Assembly: GCA_965113315.1 (NCBI GenBank)
Contig: OZ220368.1
Length of the DNA stretch: 64,000 bases
From: Podarcis vaucheri
Taxonomy: Eukaryota
Strand: one strand, 5' to 3'
A program made the translations under genes and the position numbers. The notes under the pieces are model-generated. The model was given only the letters and a program-made list of their open reading frames with translations. It searched no databases and was not told the DNA's origin. Below, piece after piece: positions 1-13,790 of the stretch. Positions within the stretch are counted from its first letter, which is position 1, and every line of letters begins with the position of its first letter.

Positions 1-59
1 TGTTTTGCTGAAACCTCCATCACAATCTCATCTGAGTAGGGGCTGGCTGCATACTTCTT
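1..59 (-). CDS. PTPRF: PTPRF membrane-proximal exon, truncated by the window edge (KKYAASPYSDEIVMEVSAK...)
   Basis: Acceptor ctcctctctctcaaactcaccag|AAGAAGTATGCA, phase 0; resembles human KRYASSPYSDEIVVQV. Confidence 0.93.
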
Positions 60-2200
60 CTGGTGAGTTTGAGAGAGAGGAGAGCAGACAAAGATCACTG
101 ATCAGGCCTCTTCCTTGCTTAATTCTGAGTTGTCCCTTGGTACAATAGCCCCAAGCTGCCCACCTGCAATTTTCCTCATGAGCACCCAGGGAATTAACAG
201 ACATCGTGAAAACAAACCTCCTCTCCACAGCAATGGAACATTCAGAACCACATCAGCTAGAAAGTGGCCTCCCTCAGTGCCAGAAAGGAATGGTCCAGCT
301 GAGAACAAGTTGCCAGCCTCAGACACACGAAGAGCCAAATTATAGGCTTTGGAGATGCAGCCAATTGAGCATCAGGCCTGGCGGGTAGTGACTAAGTGGT
401 TTATAATACCTATTATGCCGTTATAAACACATCACCCTAGGGGGTTATATGTCAAGGAACACCCACTGGGCATTATGTTCCACACTGAACAGCAGACTAA
501 CTCATGGCTGTCCTTGAAGCTCTAGCATAAGCCCTGAATACAGCAGGATTCACATGGGGCTTCTAACATGCAAAGACTTCCAAGTCATACAAGGGACTGG
601 CAAGTTACAACCAAAAAAGCAATACAAAATTGGCTGGCTCTGTTCCAATACATGCTATGCTTATATCTTTTTTTAAATGCCTGCCAGAAGACGTATGTTC
701 AGGCAGGACCATGTTCTCTGTTCTAGTGGAGGCTTCCTGTTGCCTTGCTCAAGGTAGAGGCGTACACTGGCCTCACTTTTAGCCCCTGCGGAGATGCCTG
801 TTGACCAAATTCTGCCAGTCTGAAAGCGGAGATCTTAAATAGCCTCTTCTCTGAAACACAGAGAAAACGTGCCCATAGCAGCTGCTTTTGTGGATGCTCA
901 GCAGGAAACACCTGCCTGGCTTAATTTGAGCCACATTTTGTCTCTGGAACCTGGTTCAGTGGCAGGGCTAAGTCCTAGAACATGCAGAATAGTAAAAAAT
1001 AATATTCTAGAGCCCATTTTCACATTACTGAGAAATAACTACATGTTCCCCAAGTTCTAAGATTAGAACTAAATTTCTGACACTTCTTGGGGAAACAAAA
1101 CAATAAATGTTGAATTCCAGGGGGCAGCAAAAACAAGGGAGGTATTTGCGGTGCCTTAAAGACTAATAAATTCACTGTGGCATAGCTTTTGTGAACTACA
1201 GCCCATTAGATGCATGATGTGTTACTCTGAATTACAGGTATATGTATATATACACATGCCTGGGGACATGGAGGGGGCTGTAACCAATGAAGTCACAGGG
1301 AAATGAAATGCAGAATAATGCAGTGATAAATGAAACAAGACTGATAAAGTGCTAAATGACAAAGTAATCTGTGGCTCTGCAATCGTTCTTTCAGCAACAG
1401 CCATTTATGATATTGTGGCTTCATTCCTCTAGTTTAAGAACACGACGACTGAGTTGAGTGCCAAGCTGGAGCTCACAACCTGGCACAGGTTTCAGAAAGA
1501 ACTGGCAGAGAACTTTGTGAGGGCAGCAGATCTTATGCAGAGGGCAGCTGCAGTTGCACCACAAAATAAAACCAGTTGCTTGGAGAGTTTGCTCTGCTAG
1601 CCAAAGTGCTCTTGTGCACATTCACTCTTGTACATGCAGTACCCAACCTTGTGGCACAAGGGCACCTTCTCCGCCTGCTCTGCGGACTCTATTCTCCTGC
1701 CTGCATGTTTGCTATGTCCGCCACACAAGTGCTCAGACCAGAAGAGTAATGAAGCATTTGACCAGCTCTAATGAGCCATTACAAGTAAATGAGGCTGAAA
1801 GTGAGAGACCCAGCATGGGACGGAGCAGAAGGGCTTGAGTATCTTCATTATGGGTGGACATTATTTACACATTTGCAGAAGCAATGGCACTATCCACCAT
1901 TTCCCCTCCCTTATTCATTCTGGCTTGGAACAATGGATAATCCTAAAGATTACAGGGGTGTGGAAAGTGAAGAAGCACAGAGAGTGGGGCAGATAATCTA
2001 TTTTCTTCCTATGGACTGCAAGGCACCCGGCAAGAGAGGCATGGAGAAGGGGAAGGAGATTCTGAGTTGTTTTATACATCTGATTTTATTAGCTTAAGCT
2101 TTGCAGAGCAAAGTTCCACTGTGACAAAGCTTCCCTAATGCCATCTCTGGAATGGCTGTCTTAGGCAGCACACAGTCCCTTCGCTTCTCGTGGTCCTTAC

Positions 2201-2413
2201 CGTATCCCCATCCTCCAGTGAAGCCAGCACAAAACAACGGTAGCTCAAGTCTTCTGAAAGGGGCTTATTGTAAAAGCCTTGATAGCTCTTCTGGTCCCCC
2301 AAGACAAAGGTCTCTGGCAGATCATCCATTTGGGCAGCAATATAAGGCTTGAGCCGCTCTGCTTGACGTCGCTGGCGCCTGCTTGGGTCCCCTTGGTTCA
2401 TGGCCTCAAGTAG
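2201..2413 (-). CDS. PTPRF: PTPRF exon containing the furin cleavage site (LLEAMNQGDPSRRQRRQAERLKPY...LEDGDT)
   Basis: 213 nt, phase 0-0; ccag|CTACTT ... GATACG|gtaagg; overlaps ORF 2135..2401. Confidence 0.96.
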
Positions 2414-4234
2414 CTGGGTGGCAAAAGGAAGCTAGTGTGAGAGAGAGCAATGCTATTTACCAAGGTAACTCTACATTTCCATGAGGAAAACCTGTAAGCC
2501 AGGTGACAAAAAACACCAGGGAGGTCCAGGTATTCATTACTCTAGTGCATTCCCGAAGGCTTTCTCTAGAACTCAATGAATGTACATCTACTTCCTTAAC
2601 AGAACAGTTAATTAAGTTGCTGGGGGTAAAACTGGAACCAAGTGTTGTCCTGGGTTTATGGTGGATGACTGTGAAAACAGGAAGCAGGACACGATGGACC
2701 CCTGGTCTGACCCAGCAGGCCTCTGATCACATTCTTATGCATGTTTTGTTTGTATTCATCATAACCTACACTGGGCACAGTTTTGTGAAAAATAGTGTAC
2801 CATTTTTATAAAGTTTATACCCCTCAACATCTCAAGGGAAATCATTTTAAAATACGTGTTTCTCTTTGATGGTAGAGCAGCAGGAGCAGCAGAGAACAGG
2901 CCACACAGTCCACATATGCATCTTTAGATGCTCAGCAATTTGAACTTTTGGAGATAGGCAAAAATTCCACAGGCTTTGACACATATTTCTGCCGCTCTGC
3001 AAACATACTTTGTAGCTTACACTAAAACGGACAAAATCTGTACGCAGAGCTCACCACCCCCACCACATCCTGCTGGGCTGCAGCAAGACTTTGTATAAAT
3101 CACACACAGTGCTAACATGGAATGTTCAGAGAGAGGAAAAAATGGCAAATTTCATAGTCATCCACAAACTCAAGAAAAAAGGACATAAACACACCAAAAT
3201 TCAATTACATTGCTCAGAAAAGCTCTCAGATGTTTAAAGATGTTTTTCTAATGAATAAAAATGAATGCTAGGCTCTGAACAGAAATTCTAATTTAAAATG
3301 AAGGAGGAGGCATGAAATACATTTCACACAAAAATGTGTTAGGGCAGAGATGAAGCATTAGAGCAATGGTGGTGCCAGGAAGAAAACAGAGACCACACAG
3401 AACCATGCCATTATTTCAGGGAAGGAGGGTGCTGGCTTGTGACCTTAACAAAATGGCATCCCTGCCCTCCAACCACAGCTTCTCTGCATCCTAACTAATG
3501 TGTGCAACACAAAGATGTGTGTGTGCACACAGTCTTATCCAAGCTTCAGTTTTTACCAGTGGAAACTGATCTATTGGGGCACTGCTCCCCTTGGTAAGCC
3601 CCCACTTGCCTGGCTTCTTATTTACATCCAGTGTAGGGGGTGGCACTGACTGCCAGTTTTCTCTTTTTAAGTCTCAGTGTTTCCCTTGCAAAACTCAGCA
3701 GGGAGAATTAAGTGACTCTGCCTGTCACTGGCTCTGACTCCAAGTACAGTTTGGGCTCCCTGCCTTCTGCCTTACCAATCCCAATGGGGACCTCTGCTTC
3801 CTACATCTTGTTTTGCATATAAATTATACAACAGAACCTGAGGGCAGAAGGAGGCATGGTGTGATCCATACATGCAACAAGTCCATGGGCAATCACACTT
3901 CAGTGACCTCTTTCACTGGACCAATAAGCTTCACAGGCAATTTTGAGAGCTGGCTAAAGATGAATATGGCTATCATGGGTATTTGAGGAACTTGATGACT
4001 TCAGGATGGCAGAAGATGGCACCTCCAAATTAAGCTATCAAATGTGGGAATTATCCCACATAGGCAAAGTTTCCGAAACCCCAGGTCCTTTGCCATTATC
4101 TCCAGTATGACAGGATGGTTAACGCTGCTCATATACTCTCCCAAATTATTTCATATGTGTGGGCTAGTTTCTTGAACATCTGTTTCCCTTACCCCCTTTA
4201 AAACAAGTGGAAACAAGTTTTGGCCTTCTCCTAC

Positions 4235-4325
4235 CTGGTCTAGTCCCATATCATCTGGGCTCTTCAATCTGGAGCCAACTAGGTTGCTTGTGTGGTCTAT
4301 CGGCACAACCACGATGTAGTACCAC
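4235..4325 (-). CDS. PTPRF: PTPRF exon (WYYIVVVPIDHTSNLVGSRLKSPDDMGLDQ)
   Basis: 91 nt, phase 2-0; ccag|GTGGTAC ... GACCAG|gtagga. Confidence 0.95.
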
Positions 4326-5135
4326 CTGGGGAACAAGAGAGGGGAATAAGTGAGCTCTACTTCAAACAGAGGGATGCTCTCCATGAAAGCCCTGCAACTC
4401 CCTCCTTTGAACTTCCCAGAGACACGGGCTGTAGCCTGCTGGCATGTATTAGGTTAATAAAAGTCACCAGGCCAGCTTCTAAGTGATAGTGTCCGAAACT
4501 GGGAAAGCACAGCTCTATAATCTGGTTCCTTTTTCAGTGGTGGGAGATCAAAAACACAAATGAGACTTCCACAAGCCTCCTATTAGGATTTACATACATT
4601 ATTTAAAGTAACTGTGCAGCAGTGTGGAAAGTACATCCTGGGCCCTTTCAGATGAATGATGGGGATTATGACTCCCTATTTTTCATATAATGATAGGTGA
4701 CTGAGAGGAGCAGGTTATAATATGTAAAAATGGTAGCCCAGATCCAGAACCCTGATCACATCCTGCACATCGCCCTTGCCCAACCTAGTGCCTTCTAGAT
4801 GTTTTGGGCTACAGCTCTGATACCTTTGTCCATCGACCATGCCAGCTGGGAGTTGTAGTTCAAACCATCAGATCAGGTAAGGCTGCTGCACAGAGTGCTC
4901 TCATATTTTTAGTAACCTCTTGCTATTGGGAACCATTTTTAACATGTTGTAGGTGGATTTACACCATCATCATGATCTATGAAATCCAATACAGTTCCCT
5001 ATAATACCACCCTTATTACATGTGCAAAACCACCAAAACTCTGCAGGGATTCAGGAGACCCTTCCACAACTATACAACACCATGTTTTCCTATGATAGCA
5101 TCATAAATAAAAAAATAAATAAAGTAGAAACGTAC

Positions 5136-5389
5136 CTGACTGGCACAGAGGTCTGCACTTTGGGAAGAGTCAGAGTGAACTGCCCATTATGGATGTATTT
5201 GTATGTGGAAATGGGCTTGCTCTGGATGACATCAGGTGCTGTCCGGATGAAGACTCGGTGCTGCAAGGCTCCTGCGCTACTTCCCCGGTTTGTGAGTGCA
5301 AAGGAATAATTTGTGTCTGGCTGCAGGTTATTAATCAGCTTCCTCATGGAGTGGCCATCCACCTCCACAGTCTGGCCATTGTACAGAAT
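5136..5389 (-). CDS. PTPRF: PTPRF exon, FNIII-8 C-terminal half (ILYNGQTVEVDGHSMRKLI...VQTSVPVR)
   Basis: 254 nt, phase 0-2; ttacag|ATTCTG ... GTCAG|gtacgt. Confidence 0.96.
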
Positions 5390-7490
5390 CTGTAAGCAGA
5401 GGGAAACAGTTGATTCAGCCCAAACTGATAGGAAAAGGGTTGGATGAAGTTCTTTCCAAAACTCCTCTTCCTGGTTTGGGTCTTTTTTTCCCTTTGTGTA
5501 AGGTACCAAACAAGCTGACCTGTTGATAAGCGTGACTATACCAAATCTGAGAGAACATGAACCCCCGTGTAGAAATAAGAGTTGGTGCTGCCTTCTCCCA
5601 GCTCTGTTGGTCTGCACATGTGGGTAGGGAGAAAGATAAGGTCCCTAGCTCCCATAACTATTGCAACTTTTTCTGTCGTCCATTCGGGAGTAAGGAGTGC
5701 TAGGGTAGAGATGGCTGCTTGGCTCCTCCTCACTTGCTGGGCCTTCTGGAGTTAGGCAACAATGATGTAAGTTACTGTGTCAGAGAAGCTAAAGTAGCCT
5801 GCAAGATGAATCTGTTACTAAAAATCTGTCAAGGTACAATATTAGGAGGTGGAAGCCAGGGCTACTAGTCTGAAAACATTCTGCCTATGCCCTCATGAAA
5901 ATGTCTCATGATCAGTTCTCATTCCCCAACACAGCGTTCATTTAAAATCCATTTCTAGCATCAAACACAGGCAGGGAAGCAGCTCTCTTAGATCAGGGAC
6001 AGTGTCAGGTTCTGATTGCAGCAGGAATCTCACCATAACATCACTTCTCACTCACTTCACAGGACCAGTCATCTCTTTGCAGGGAGTTTTATCTCCTGGA
6101 CCAGATGAAGCAACGGCTCTTCTCTGAGGAGAACTGAAAGCCCTGTTGTTGATTTTTCAGTGAAGGAATTTCAGAGGTCTCAGTTCATTCCCAATAAAAA
6201 ATACCATGATATTTAGCCTGCGCCTCAGTGTTCACAAATCATAACAATATCTGCCTTAATTAAATCTGTTAAAGAGAAAGAGGACACCCTTTGGGATGTA
6301 GATTTAGTGCAAGACTGTTTATCAAGTGTAGATAATGCTAATTGTTCCCATGGAGACTTATCAGTGGTGCTCGTTAGATTATTAGGCTTTGGCCTGGCAT
6401 CCTGTACACTTGAATTAAGCAGCTCAGCACAGGTGGGTGGGGGGGAGTGTCCTGTTTGCAAAGTTGCTGCTGCTCCTGGGCCAGCTGCTCCTGGGCCAGC
6501 TAGTCTGTTGGCACTTGTGCATGGCCTGGACATCTAATACTGTCTACAGGAAGAAGAAAGCTCATTTACACCCGTTGCGTTTGCATGGCTGCTCCTCAGC
6601 TAGTGAGCCGCTAACACCATCTGCTCCTGTGCCTCATCATGGCAAACCCATGGCAGCAACTGCTGTCAACTCTCTGCTTACGTCAGCAAAATCTGGCAAC
6701 TATGTTTTGAAGCCCACACTATGCAACCGTTTTGATGATGGTTCCAAGGCAGCTCTGACCATACAGCATTAGGAACGAGTCCAAAGAACTAGCCTTTTAT
6801 GAACAAATTCCCTGCATAGAATCCTCCTGCTGTCACGAGTGCTTACTTATCTCTGTCATGTTGCTAGCGACCACAGGCAGAGCAGCACACTATGGTGCCC
6901 TGTTGGGTTCTAGAGGTATCTCTATCCTGCCCTAAGTGTAATTCTGCCTGTGTTCTGAACAAAAATGCTTCATGATCAGCAGTAGGATCAAACCATTTTG
7001 CCTGGAATGCAGGGGGTTTGGGCTCCTAATTGTAGTCTGTTCTGAGCAGAAGATTGTGCCAGTGCCCAGAATGAATTCCTCACTCCACCGTGCAGAACTC
7101 ATGGGAAACCAATTCCCATACAGCTAGAGTAACATTTAAAGGGCATATATGAGTCTCCAAAATCGTCAAGGGAATCAAGAGGTTTGGTCTGGAAATGTAC
7201 CAGTTTTTAACTCATTTCTAAAGACTTGCCTGCTGATTTACCTTGCTTGGTGATCTAGACTAAAGTAAACAAGTGTCAGGACTCGAGGGTACCCAGGACA
7301 AGGGGGTGTCCACACTTCTTACATCCTGACTCAAGCCCCCTGGTGTTTCTCCGGATTTGGTTGCTCAGCTTACATAACTGGGTTGATGAAAGCAAGACTC
7401 TTGGTCTGAAGGTCCCTGAGACAGACTTTCTAATTTCTTCCTTACTGCACATTAATCGGGTCCCCATACGTGACAGACATATTCCCTTAC

Positions 7491-7588
7491 CTTGAAAGGA
7501 ACTGCAGATTTGTAAGAGTCTGGAACCTCCCAGCTAAGTAGCACTGATGTTTTCATCACAGCACTGACACGAAAGTTCTTTGCAAACA
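7491..7588 (-). CDS. PTPRF: PTPRF exon, FNIII-8 N-terminal half ([33 protein letters not shown])
   Basis: 98 nt, phase 1-0; ttgcag|TGTTTG ... TTCAAG|gtaagg. Confidence 0.96.
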
Positions 7589-7779
7589 CTGCAATTAGAA
7601 AGAATCCTTTTGAGTGGCCCCCGTGAGGCAACATTGGACAACTAACCCTTTCCCTTCCACTCTTCTCAGTAGCAGCAAAATTTGGTGTTTTCCTGTAGAT
7701 TCAATTAGCCTTCTCGCACTTTAGGACACTTAAGCTTTTTGACCAAACTGTGTTGCCACCTTCCCCTCTTTGTCACAGA

Positions 7780-7955
7780 CTGTGTACAAACTATATATTT
7801 AAAGCACGTTCAAAGTATATTCTCTCTCTGGGCCCTGTAGTTTGTTATGGGTTGCTAGGATTTTTAACACTGCAAGAGGTAAACTACAGGGCCCTGAATT
7901 CTTTGAGGAAAATAATGTGTTCCGATTGTACTTTAAAGGTATAGTGTGTACACAG
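7780..7955. mobile_element. MITE with terminal inverted repeats
   Basis: CTGTGTACAAACTATATATTTAAAGCAC at the left end versus GTACTTTAAAGGTATAGTGTGTACACAG at the right; inner IR GGGCCCTGTAGTTT / AAACTACAGGGCCC. Related copy at about 18120-18272. Confidence 0.7.
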
Positions 7956-8209
7956 CAATCTTCAAAAGGTAGCAGTTATGAGGCACTGTTTCTTCACAGA
8001 AGCTGCCTGTTCAGTTTGCACCAAAGCAACAATTCTTATCTGGAAACAGAAAATGGGGTATGTGTTTGAAAAAACAAATGCAGTCATGCAACCTCTATGC
8101 CCCCCCCATCCAAAAAATTATAAGCTCAGGAAGGTAAGACTGACCAGGTCATCTCTGACCTGTTTTCTGCCATAGAGGTTCATTAACTGATCACAGGGGA
8201 GGCGCTTAC

Positions 8210-8788
8210 CTTGTTCCATCGGCATCGTCCTAGACTGAATGCTGGGGCTGAGAGGGCCAGCTCCCTTGTTAGTGTGGGCTCTAACTTTGATGTCATAGGT
8301 TGTGTCAGGTTTGAGGTTGGTCAGAGTGATGCTCGTTTCCCTCGTAACATTGGTCAGGTTCTGCTGGCTGTTAATGTCTCTGTACACAACTGTGTAGTTG
8401 GTCATTTTCCCATTCCTCTCTGCCAGAAGTGGAGGCTCCCAAGTCACTTTAGTGGTGGAGGTGGTCAGCCCCACCACGTGCAGGTTCTGGGGGAAACCGC
8501 TTGGCGCCTCCTCTGCGGTAGTGATTTCTTTTTCAAACTCCTCCCCAAGACCAACCCTATTCTTGGCAGCCAGCTTGAAGATGTAGGTGGCACCCTTGTA
8601 AAGGTCAGTCACGGTGAAGTGATCCACGTTCTTCTCAAAATTCATAATCCTCATCTTCTCCTCCTCAGCATGTTTGAACTGCAGCTGGTAGCCCAGCAGC
8701 TCCCCAACCATCTCTTTAGGTGGGTGCCAATTGATCAGAGCTGTATTCATGGCTGTGGTGCTGATCATCATGGTAGGCTTGCCTGGGA
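8210..8788 (-). CDS. PTPRF: PTPRF exon, FNIII-6 and FNIII-7 (VPGKPTMMISTTAMN...SIQSRTMPMEQ)
   Basis: 579 nt, phase 1-1; ccacag|TCCCAG ... GAACAAG|gtaagc; inside ORF 8118..8852. Confidence 0.97.
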
Positions 8789-10764
8789 CTGTGGAACAAA
8801 AACAGGGTGATATGCTGTAAGTGGGAGGGAGACAGAGTTCTGGCCTTTTCACTGCTGGAGTTGCTCACTCGGGAAATTTATCTACCTGCTAAGGAATATC
8901 AGCTAGCACAGCACTCCCTATCAATTTGGCGACAGATTACAGATGAAAGATCAATATGTTTGAATGCTTCCCCACATTAAAATTAGCTGCACACAAAAAA
9001 GCAGCATATCTGGGATAAGACTTTTGCTTTGCATGCTTTCCACAGGCAGGGAGTTTACAGGGGCAATGTCCAAAAAGGCAAACCACCTGCAATTTGAAGT
9101 GGTTCAGTCCAGAAACAACTGCACTGTATTTATGAACATATCAGTGTTTACTCTTCCAGGTCCTCCAAATTCCACAATTAAACAACAGCAACAAAACAAA
9201 ATCCAAATTTTATAATTGAAAAAAACTAATTTCTACATGGCTACATTTCACAAATATCCTTAACCTATATGTTTGTCTGTAAAATGTGCCTAACTTGATC
9301 ATAAGATCTGATTTCTTTTGGGGAGGGGAGTTGAGAACCCTATGGTGGAAGCTATAGGATCTTAAAGGAATAGGGATGAATAAGATTATCACAAATGCCA
9401 CACTTTGTGCAAGCTTCTGAAGGAATTTTGTCAGCTGCTATATTTTGTGAAAACCTTTGTGCCTGTAGTTTGCAAACACTGATAATGCAGGATGTCAGTA
9501 GGTGATGGACTGAAATTCAGATGGAACCAAACCCTGGGGCAAATTATTTAAACAGCTAATCCCTAACTTCTATAGTGTAAATTATTCCAAATGTAACTAT
9601 TTCCAAAATTGCAATGAAAAATAACACTGTGATGGATACTGTCTTCAAAACTTCCTTGTATCTGACTCTTAAATCTCATCATACTTCCACAACCACTCCT
9701 TGAATCTTGCCATTTGCAGAAGCAAGCCTAGAGAAAGTAGATTTGGGACAGTATGATAAAGAAAGTGAAAGGTAATGCCATAAGATAAGAAATCAGGGCT
9801 TTAATATAAGATGTTGCAGAGAAGCCCAGACTCAAAACTGGAATCTCCGCTAGTTTGATGCTGGCAATTTTCATAGCAATCTTTATAATTTCACCACCTG
9901 TGCGAGCTGTTGAGAGCATAGCATGCTGTTTGCAATCAAAATGTGCTGTGTTTGAGCTGATGAACTGGTTCCTGCTAGGAATGTTGATGTGATGGCTGAG
10001 CAGCAACAGGATTCCAAATCTCATATATGTAGCACAAATTAAGGGCTGCTCCCTTCAAAGCTTAACACCTGCTGTATAAAATGGATGGTTTCATATCTCC
10101 GTTCCACCCACAACAGAGACACATCCTTCCCCCAAATCAGGAGAGATTGACGTGTAAATCCATCAACAACAAAACTATTCAGTATCAGCACAGTGCCAAG
10201 ATAACCATTATCCTGTGCCAGACTGTGGCACTCAGAGCAAATTTACAATAGCATAGTGGTATTCTGGATTTGGGGTGAGCTGATTTGACTAAGCTGTGAT
10301 GAAGCTGCCATGTGAATGTCATGGTATTTTGCCAATTCAAGGCAGAGGCATTTCCCAGCAACTATTAGCCATGGTAACTATGAGCAGAAGCGGTACAGTT
10401 CCAAATGTCAGATACTTGGGATGAACAGGAGATGGTCATTGTTCTCCTGCTCTGCTTGTGGCTCCCCAGAGACATGTAACTGACTGCTGTTAACATGGCA
10501 TACCAGAATGCCTGCAAATTATCTCCATTGTAGTAAAATTGTAATGTGTGAAGCGGTTCTTAAAGAGAGGAAGTTTCCATTCTTCTACTTGCTTCTCCAT
10601 CACCTGCAGTTCAGTCTGCAAAACAAGGGGTTTGAGCGTACAGGTGCTTTTTTCACCTTCCTAACACTTCTTAAGATTAAAATTTCTGTCATCTTTGATT
10701 CTGGAGCTCAAAATATTAGAGTAGATTTGCCTATCAAAGATGTGTTTTAGTACTATTGGCTCAC

Positions 10765-10882
10765 CTGCTCCACTTGTAGTAACCACCTTGTCCCTGCTGC
10801 GGGCCCCATCCCCTTTGGTGGTATAGGCTGCGATGCTGATAGAATAGGTTGTTTCGGGTAAAAGGCCTCCAATGAGGGTTTC
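10765..10882 (-). CDS. PTPRF: PTPRF exon, FNIII-5 C-terminal half ([39 protein letters not shown])
   Basis: 118 nt, phase 0-1; cccacag|GAAACC ... GGAGCAG|gtgagc; translated by hand (absent from ORF track). Confidence 0.96.
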
Positions 10883-11656
10883 CTGTGGGAAACAGACACT
10901 TTTAGTTCATTATCAAATTAAGGAAGGCAGGAATATAAGAGCATTTCTGTACTTTGGATATTTGACCCATTTAGTTTCAAAACACACAAGAAGGAAAACT
11001 GACCCTGAAGTTTTATTAACTTTTTAATGACATTACTTTGGATACAGGGCCTCCATCTCTCGCATCACTGATGACAAGTGAAAGCTGTATTGAGAAAACA
11101 TGTTCCTAGGTTGGTTGATGCAATCCAGTGTTTTCTGGCCTTTGTGAAATAAACCAGGGTATGTTTTGTCATAGGCTACTTTTGTTGTGTTTCCTGTGCA
11201 CCTCCCTTTGCCAGAAAGCACCCATTTTCACTAAATCACGTGAACAAATCCACACATTTTTTCCTATTTCCAACATGGGATGAAAGGGTTGGTTTGTCTG
11301 GAGCAGCTTGTCAAACTCAACACTTGCAACTGCCAATGCAACTGCAGCAGGTGTTAGTTGCAGCCCAATTTCTAGACAAATTGTGCAGCATATAATTCTG
11401 GATAGCCAAGGAAGTTCACTGCAAGAAACAGGGACCCAACAAAATACAGCAAACTGAAGTGGGAAGGGAAGAACAACTTTCCCACAACTTCTACCACAAG
11501 TGAACTTGTTACTGGTCAAAGGACAACCAAGGGCTACTCAGTAGTTTCATCATTTCCATCCCGGCAAGACTGCCAGAAAGGGAAGATTAAGCTGGTGCTA
11601 ACTGGAAGTAAATGTCTGTTAACAATTAATCTCTTTTTGTTCTGGTACTGACAGAC

Positions 11657-11694
<38 letters not shown>
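11657..11694. repeat. (AAT)n microsatellite
   Basis: Direct inspection. Confidence 0.95.
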
Positions 11695-11695
<1 letters not shown>

Positions 11696-13763
11696 CCCAT
11701 CCATCTCTAAATGGCTTACAGCATATATAAAAATCAAACATTTAAAACTTCCCTCCACTTGCCTTCCCTTGTTGTCTTGTATTTTAGTCTCTGAGCCTGG
11801 CAAGGTTCTGTGTCTTATTTTCACTTATGAACAGCACCTTCCAGCAGCATCATATATTGAATTTTAATTGTCATGAGATGCTTATCGGAGACAAAGTGCT
11901 TCCTCATATCAACAGGCCACAAACAAGCACATTCTTTTGCTATACCTGGCAGGGCAAACTGCTACGCAGCCATGCAATAAGGGCATGAAGCAGTCTTCTC
12001 TGTTCATAGTGCTGTCATTTACCCCACAGATACATGGGCAAAAGATGAAAAGGACTGGTTGGAAATCTATTGTAACAAGAAAGTAGCAGCCCTTCCATCA
12101 CAGTTAAAGTGTTAACTTCAGTACATAGAACAGAACAGAAGCAGACCACTACTCACTTGTCTCTTCCAGCAGAAGGCCCTGGGATGAGCAACAATATAGC
12201 TAGTGGATCTGCCACTTGCCATAACATGCTCACCAACCACAGTATTCAAGAGTCTTGCTTCTTAAAAATAAACTACCCATGCTACATACATCAGGAAACA
12301 TGTAAGGCGAGAGAGCAAGCATAAAATTCTACACAAACAAAGGCCACAGGATCTATAGGCCACAGGATCTGTTACCTTCTCAATGGTATTGTCCCCAGCT
12401 GTGCAGGCTAGAGACACCAGCAGGGGCAAGTAGCAGTAGGACCTTGAACTATCTCACTGGATCATTTGACGGGATTGGCTTTGTAACCATAAGCCTACTC
12501 CAGCTCTCTAAAACCTTCTACATTCTATTGGCAAATATGGACCCTTGTGGAGGACTCCACAGAGAAAGACCTGCTCAAAGACAATCTCTAGCAGTTTGCT
12601 AGTAGAATTTCAACCATTAACCCTATGCATGAAGGAATGACTGTTGATGCACAAAAATCAAAATGTGATATAACCAGGAATAAATCTGTATTGTGATGGA
12701 TAGATAGAGCACAATCTCTTCCTAGAACCTTGGTTTGTCAGGGTGCTTTGCTTTTGGCTGTCATGTAATTGTTAATTACTTGAATAAAACAAACAAATAA
12801 ATGTGAATAGGCTTTTTCTCATTGGCAGCCCAGGTAAGTTACAGGATTCAGCCACCTAACCCAGATTATTCCTTCATTGCTTTCATTTGCAAACCCAAAT
12901 TAGCAAACAGAAATCAGAATGACACCAAAATCAGAGTTCAAGTAAGATTTCCTTTTCCCCCTGGAGTTCTATGAGAGAGCAAAATCAATCAATGGCAATA
13001 AATTGATATAGAGGGAGATACTCAAACACACAACACGAAGGCTACGAAAAGATGTAGTCATCACCACAGTCCACACAGGAGAGTAATTCTCACACAGGGA
13101 AGAGCATGCCACTAGAACAAAGCAAGTTAGGGGGAGAGAGGAAAGAAAGAAGGTGGAATGAGAGATACCATACATAGGGCTGTCGCTGCAAACCCCTTCT
13201 AAGCCAAAGTCCTTCTGCTAAGAGACGAGGGAAGCCACAGCAGGGTATGTAACTTAATCTCTCTTTCTCCAAAGGTAATTTTCAAGCTTGTTCCTCCAAA
13301 TTTATATCTCAAAATTACTTGGAAAAATTGAATTTAACTGTTTGAATGTGATTGTGTTCTTATTACAGCTTCTGTTTCAACCAAAGGTCACAGCTGAGAG
13401 AACAGGGTATTTTTCACGACTGGGATCAATAAGGTTTAAAGATTACAGATCTGACTCTGCCATGTAACGAGCTGGACCAAAGACTGTAGAAAGTGGGCTG
13501 CTCCCCCCCGCATCTGCCTGAAATTGCATTGCAACAAGCTGGAAATACAGATTATGAAAAATGTCAATTGCTTTTCTGCATTTAGCAGCAATCTAAATGC
13601 CAATTTGCTCAGGATTTGTGGCTGGTGGAAGCTCTACAGAGCAACTCCCTAGAAATATCTGAGGATTGACAGGGGTGTTTTGACAGCACTATGCACACAG
13701 ATTTCACAAAATGATCCTCAAACCCATCTGATCCAAGCAAACACTCTAACAAATGGTACTTAC

Positions 13764-13790
13764 GTGGTCAATAGCGTCCTTAAACCTTAA
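13764..13790 (-). CDS. PTPRF: PTPRF mini-exon C (meC/LASE-c), 27 nt, LRFKDAIDH
   Basis: Long pyrimidine tract ...ccttcctgtccccccatcag|TTAAGG...GACCAC|gtaagt. Phase 0-0 between the two FNIII-5 exons; same length and position as the known 9-aa meC. Confidence 0.85.

Noticed and set aside
8211-8810. 199-aa plus-strand ORF
   Set aside because: Antisense shadow of the 579-nt PTPRF exon; no recognisable protein.
12376-12407. Exon-like segment tctctag|...GAGAAG|gtaaca between meC and FNIII-5b
   Set aside because: 32 nt (or 23 nt from the inner AG) is not a multiple of 3 and the donor is only moderate. It cannot be distinguished from a pseudo-exon without RNA data.
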